From assembly GCF_900079115.1 (NCBI RefSeq), contig NZ_LT549890.1, positions 360,001 to 392,000 of the forward strand: DNA of 32,000 bases, in the 5' to 3' direction. The first letter of the stretch is position 1, and every line of letters starts with the position of its first letter. A model generated the notes under the pieces. It worked only from the letters and a program-made list of their open reading frames with translations, ran no database searches and was not told where the DNA came from. Made by a program: the position numbers and the translations under genes. The stretch is from Saccharolobus solfataricus. Lineage in GTDB: Archaea > Thermoproteota > Thermoprotei_A > Sulfolobales > Sulfolobaceae. Positions 29,020 to 32,000 of this stretch are shown here, in pieces.

Positions 29020-29996
29020 AACATGGAGGATACCCTTGGAAAAATGGAAAACCAGCTTTAGACGTTAAAGATTTTAGCGTGAATCTTAATCCTATGGGTG
29101 TACCTAAGTTCATTGAGGAATTAATTAATGAAGCCGTAAAACTTAAAGTATACGCGTATTATCCTCCTCAAAACCTTAGAGAGATAAAAGGTATAATTGC
29201 CGAAATTTACGGAGTTAATGAAGATTTAGTAGGAGTTTTCAATGGTGCTTCCGAGGTCATTAGTATACTTGACGAGAACTTCACTGTTCCACAGCCTAAT
29301 TACAGTGAATATAAATTTCATAGCTATTATTTTGCAGAAGAACATGAAGACGAATTTGTTTTCGAGTTAAATCCAGGTAGGATATTAACTAGCAATCCAA
29401 ATAATCCTACCGGATCTTTAATCAAATTAGACGAAATTGAGGAATTTCTTATAAATGAGAAAAACGAACTTATTCTAGATGAGTCATTTATTGATATAAG
29501 CTTGGCGGAAAGCGCGACTAAGCTAGTCAACGAATTCAACAATTTGACAATTATAAACTCATTTACGAAGAGCCTTGCAATTCCAGGATTGAGATTTGGT
29601 TTTTCAATAGGACATAAAAGTAAGGAACTGGAAAAACGTGTACCAATTTGGCGGATTAACTCTATTACCTATTATGTTATATCTAATTTAAATCCTAAGG
29701 AAGTAAGGTCTTTTTTTGTGAATAGCAAAATTAAGGTGAAGGAAATTTACGATAAAGTAGATGGCGTGAAGAAGCTGTTCAAAATGTATAAATCTTACGC
29801 GCCGTTTTTTCTAGTAGAATTTAAAATTCCCACGAGCCTGATTAACGATGAACTAATTAGAAGATGTAAATGCTATATAAGGGATGCTAGTAACTTTTTA
29901 GGGTTGAGGAATACCCATGCCAGAATAGCTTTGAAGAATGAGGTTATAGAATTGATTAATAATATAAATGAAATTATATCTGAAAAAGAAAGTTAA
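29016..29996 (+). CDS. Class I/II PLP aminotransferase-fold enzyme, CobD-like (threonine-phosphate decarboxylase-like)
   Basis: 326 aa. The N-terminal HGG...DFSVNLNPMGVP is CobD-like. NPNNPTG is present, and the PLP lysine context is SFTKSLAIPGLRFGF. ATGA start/stop overlap with the HTH_10 gene. Confidence 0.65.
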   Translation: MKHGGYPWKNGKPALDVKDFSVNLNPMGVPKFIEELINEAVKLKVYAYYPPQNLREIKGIIAEIYGVNEDLVGVFNGASEVISILDENFTVPQPNYSEYKFHSYYFAEEHEDEFVFELNPGRILTSNPNNPTGSLIKLDEIEEFLINEKNELILDESFIDISLAESATKLVNEFNNLTIINSFTKSLAIPGLRFGFSIGHKSKELEKRVPIWRINSITYYVISNLNPKEVRSFFVNSKIKVKEIYDKVDGVKKLFKMYKSYAPFFLVEFKIPTSLINDELIRRCKCYIRDASNFLGLRNTHARIALKNEVIELINNINEIISEKES

Positions 29997-30430
29997 GCCC
30001 ATACATACTTTAGACTAGTTATAAATCTTACTACAAACCCGGATACAATTCCAATGAAATTTGTTAGGACTAGGGTGAAGGTTGAAGCAGCGAGTTTACT
30101 AAAGAACAATATAAACACCGCATCAGAAATAGAAGAAATATGCAACAAATATACCAATAAAACCAATGCAACAATATACTGGACTATATTTCCAAGGTAA
30201 GAAGATCCATGGAATTTTAATAAACGATTAAGGTACGAATTATTCCTCTTATCTTTGAATGTCCATATATCATTTAAGACGAAATTAAAGATGAGTGAAA
30301 TCTCGATTGCAATGGCTAGAGAAACCCCAATTGGTATAGTCTTAGAGGCTAAAACGTAAGTGACTTCATTTACAATTGTGCCTAAACCACCAACTAAAGC
30401 AAACTTAGCGAGCCTGATTAGTAATGACAC
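29993..30430 (-). CDS. GtrA-family membrane protein
   Basis: 145 aa with four predicted TM helices. The N-terminal KFALVGGLGTIVNEVTYVL and the DIWTF motif are typical of GtrA-like proteins. Confidence 0.7.
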   Translation of the reverse strand: MSLLIRLAKFALVGGLGTIVNEVTYVLASKTIPIGVSLAIAIEISLIFNFVLNDIWTFKDKRNNSYLNRLLKFHGSSYLGNIVQYIVALVLLVYLLHISSISDAVFILFFSKLAASTFTLVLTNFIGIVSGFVVRFITSLKYVWA

Positions 30431-30467
30431 AAAAATAGTTATCTGCCCAAACTAATAAATAAATTCC

Positions 30468-31178
30468 CTATGGTTTAACAGTATAGTAAACTCTCTTTCT
30501 CCCTTTCCCTTTGTTTTCAACTTTAAGTAATACTATTTCTCCTATTTCCTTGGTATTCTTAACGTGAGGTCCACCATCAGCTTGGATATCTATACCCGGA
30601 ATCTCAACAATTCGCCATATGGGAATCTGTGGTGGATTTCTTCCAGCTAGTTTCACTATAGCTGGTATCATTAGAGCTTCTTCCCTAGGTAGAAAATAGA
30701 TCTTCAACTCTATGTCTTTTTTGATTATTTCGTTAGCTTCATTTATTAACTCAATAAGGGTATCTTTATTTTCAACATTAAAATCGTCCTTAGCTTGTTC
30801 TGGGCTAATGTGCCCTCCGGTTATCAAAGCTCCGAATTTTCTATAAGCCAATGCAGCGACTATATGCGAAGCGGTATGTAATCGCATCATTCTATATCTT
30901 CTGTCCCAATCTATTGTGCCTATAACTTTTTCATTAACATTAAGGGAACCATTTTGATCTATCTTATGTAAAATCTCTCCGTTTTCTCCCCTTTTTACCT
31001 CAGTAACGCTTATTCTCTCCCCTTTCTCATTGACTAGGAATCCAGTATCGTTATCTAAACCTCCTCCACCTGGATAAAAAGCTGTCTTATCAAGTATTAC
31101 GTAGTTACCTTCTATCCTAACTACTCTTCCCTCGAATTCTTTAATGTAAGAATCCTTTAGATAGAGTTCTTCTGTCAT
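30468..31178 (-). CDS. alaX: Alanyl-tRNA editing protein AlaX-M
   Basis: 236 aa. AlaRS second-additional-domain motifs are present: FYPGGGG, the HxxxH site as RLHTASHIV, and GGPHV near the C-terminus. Confidence 0.85.
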   Translation of the reverse strand: MTEELYLKDSYIKEFEGRVVRIEGNYVILDKTAFYPGGGGLDNDTGFLVNEKGERISVTEVKRGENGEILHKIDQNGSLNVNEKVIGTIDWDRRYRMMRLHTASHIVAALAYRKFGALITGGHISPEQAKDDFNVENKDTLIELINEANEIIKKDIELKIYFLPREEALMIPAIVKLAGRNPPQIPIWRIVEIPGIDIQADGGPHVKNTKEIGEIVLLKVENKGKGRKRVYYTVKP

Positions 31179-31451
31179 TTAGTTTAACTTGTTACCTTGT
31201 AATATAAATATTCCATTCTTGTGCTTGTAAGTTAAGGTTAATGGGTCTATCCTTATTGGTAACGATATCACTTTAATTATTCGGTTATTTATCGAATCAG
31301 TTATATAAATCTTGTTTCCGTCAGTATTTATCTTTACTCTATTATATTCTAGTTCTTTCCACCTAAGATCTAAGTATATTACCACGTTATCAGTTGATAC
31401 GAAGATGTCGTATTCTGGATCTTCATCTTCTTTAATGAACGTGTTTGGCAT
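31179..31451 (-). CDS. Small Hsp20/alpha-crystallin-fold-like protein (hypothetical)
   Basis: 90 aa. The pattern [11 protein letters not shown]...[13 protein letters not shown]...[26 protein letters not shown] resembles an ACD/CS beta sandwich without flanking arms. Its stop abuts the alaX start. Confidence 0.35.
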   Translation of the reverse strand: MPNTFIKEDEDPEYDIFVSTDNVVIYLDLRWKELEYNRVKINTDGNKIYITDSINNRIIKVISLPIRIDPLTLTYKHKNGIFILQGNKLN

Positions 31452-31539
31452 ATTACTTATTTCCGATTCTAATAATTTAAACTCTTCACATTATGTGTTT
31501 GATCTTATAAGAGTTGATGAGGTAAGATATATATTAGCC

Positions 31540-32000
31540 ATGCTCGGAAAGGATTTTCAGAAAATGTGGGGTTATGAGGAAAATAAATTTAAAATAAAGG
31601 GCTCTAAAGAGCCCTTAAAATACAAGTTGGTTCAAGCTCACTATAAAATCAGCTCCATGATAAGTAGGCTTGACGCTTACATTTCCAGAATGCAAGAAAG
31701 AGATAAAATATTATTTGAAAGAGTCGTAGAAGCACAAATGTCTAAGGATACACAAAGAGCAGCAATGTATGCTAATGAGGTAGCTGAAATTAGAAAGATT
31801 TCCAGACAATTATTAACAACTCAAATTGCCTTAGAGCAAGTACAACTTAGATTAGAGACAGTAACTGAGTTAGGAGATGTGTTCGTAAACTTGATCCCAG
31901 TATTGGGTGTTATTGGTGAATTGAAGTCTGCCTTAAGAGGTATAATGCCTGAAGTTTCGTTAGAACTGACAGAATTAGGAGAAGGATTACAAGAAATAGT
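31540..32000 (+). CDS. ESCRT-III (CdvB/Snf7 family) paralogue, N-terminal part (runs off the right edge)
   Basis: My translation is [10 protein letters not shown]...[66 protein letters not shown]...[18 protein letters not shown]. It closely parallels my memory of Sulfolobus CdvB ([38 protein letters not shown]...). The start codon is uncertain. Confidence 0.8.
   Translation, partial: MLGKDFQKMWGYEENKFKIKGSKEPLKYKLVQAHYKISSMISRLDAYISRMQERDKILFERVVEAQMSKDTQRAAMYANEVAEIRKISRQLLTTQIALEQVQLRLETVTELGDVFVNLIPVLGVIGELKSALRGIMPEVSLELTELGEGLQEI

Overview
This is an AT-rich crenarchaeal chromosome segment of Sulfolobales type. Several proteins (aIF2-gamma, TFB, RpoP, a 1242-aa reverse gyrase) match my memory of Saccharolobus/Sulfolobus solfataricus; I could not verify this by search. 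The window is densely packed core housekeeping DNA. From left to right it holds: the conserved archaeal block S6e / aIF2-gamma / Fcf1-like PIN / Rpo7 / Spt4 / DUF359 dephospho-CoA kinase; apgM and CDC48 divergent from reverse gyrase; S25e, a TrmB-like regulator and TrmI; a detached A-ATPase H/C subunit pair; the S24e / S27ae / Kae1 / Bud32 / HAM1 operon; Thi4 and UbiX; a long minus-strand run from glyS to endA; agmatinase, RpoP, aSUI1 and TFB; tRNA-Gln and tRNA-Gly; a CobD-like gene pair; GtrA and AlaX; and an ESCRT-III (CdvB-family) gene cut by the right edge. Many genes use TTG or GTG starts, overlap by a few nt, and sit about 26 nt downstream of a TATA box (leaderless). I saw no CRISPR array, IS element, MITE, integrase or recognisable defence cassette. 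Content not explained by the ORF track: three C/D box sRNA genes, two of them fused to the 3' ends of protein genes; two real small genes missed by the track (RpoP and a 50-aa RHH protein); a carbon-nitrogen hydrolase paralogue that lacks the catalytic Glu and Cys and sits 2 nt after reverse gyrase; an uncharacterised three-gene set (VAT-N-like barrel, helical protein, DUF47/PhoU-like protein) plus a Cys-rich repeat protein flanking endA; a cysteine-free AlaX; and a 360-nt gene-poor gap. I see no convincing evidence of a wholly new multi-gene system. The best candidates are flagged as hypotheses.
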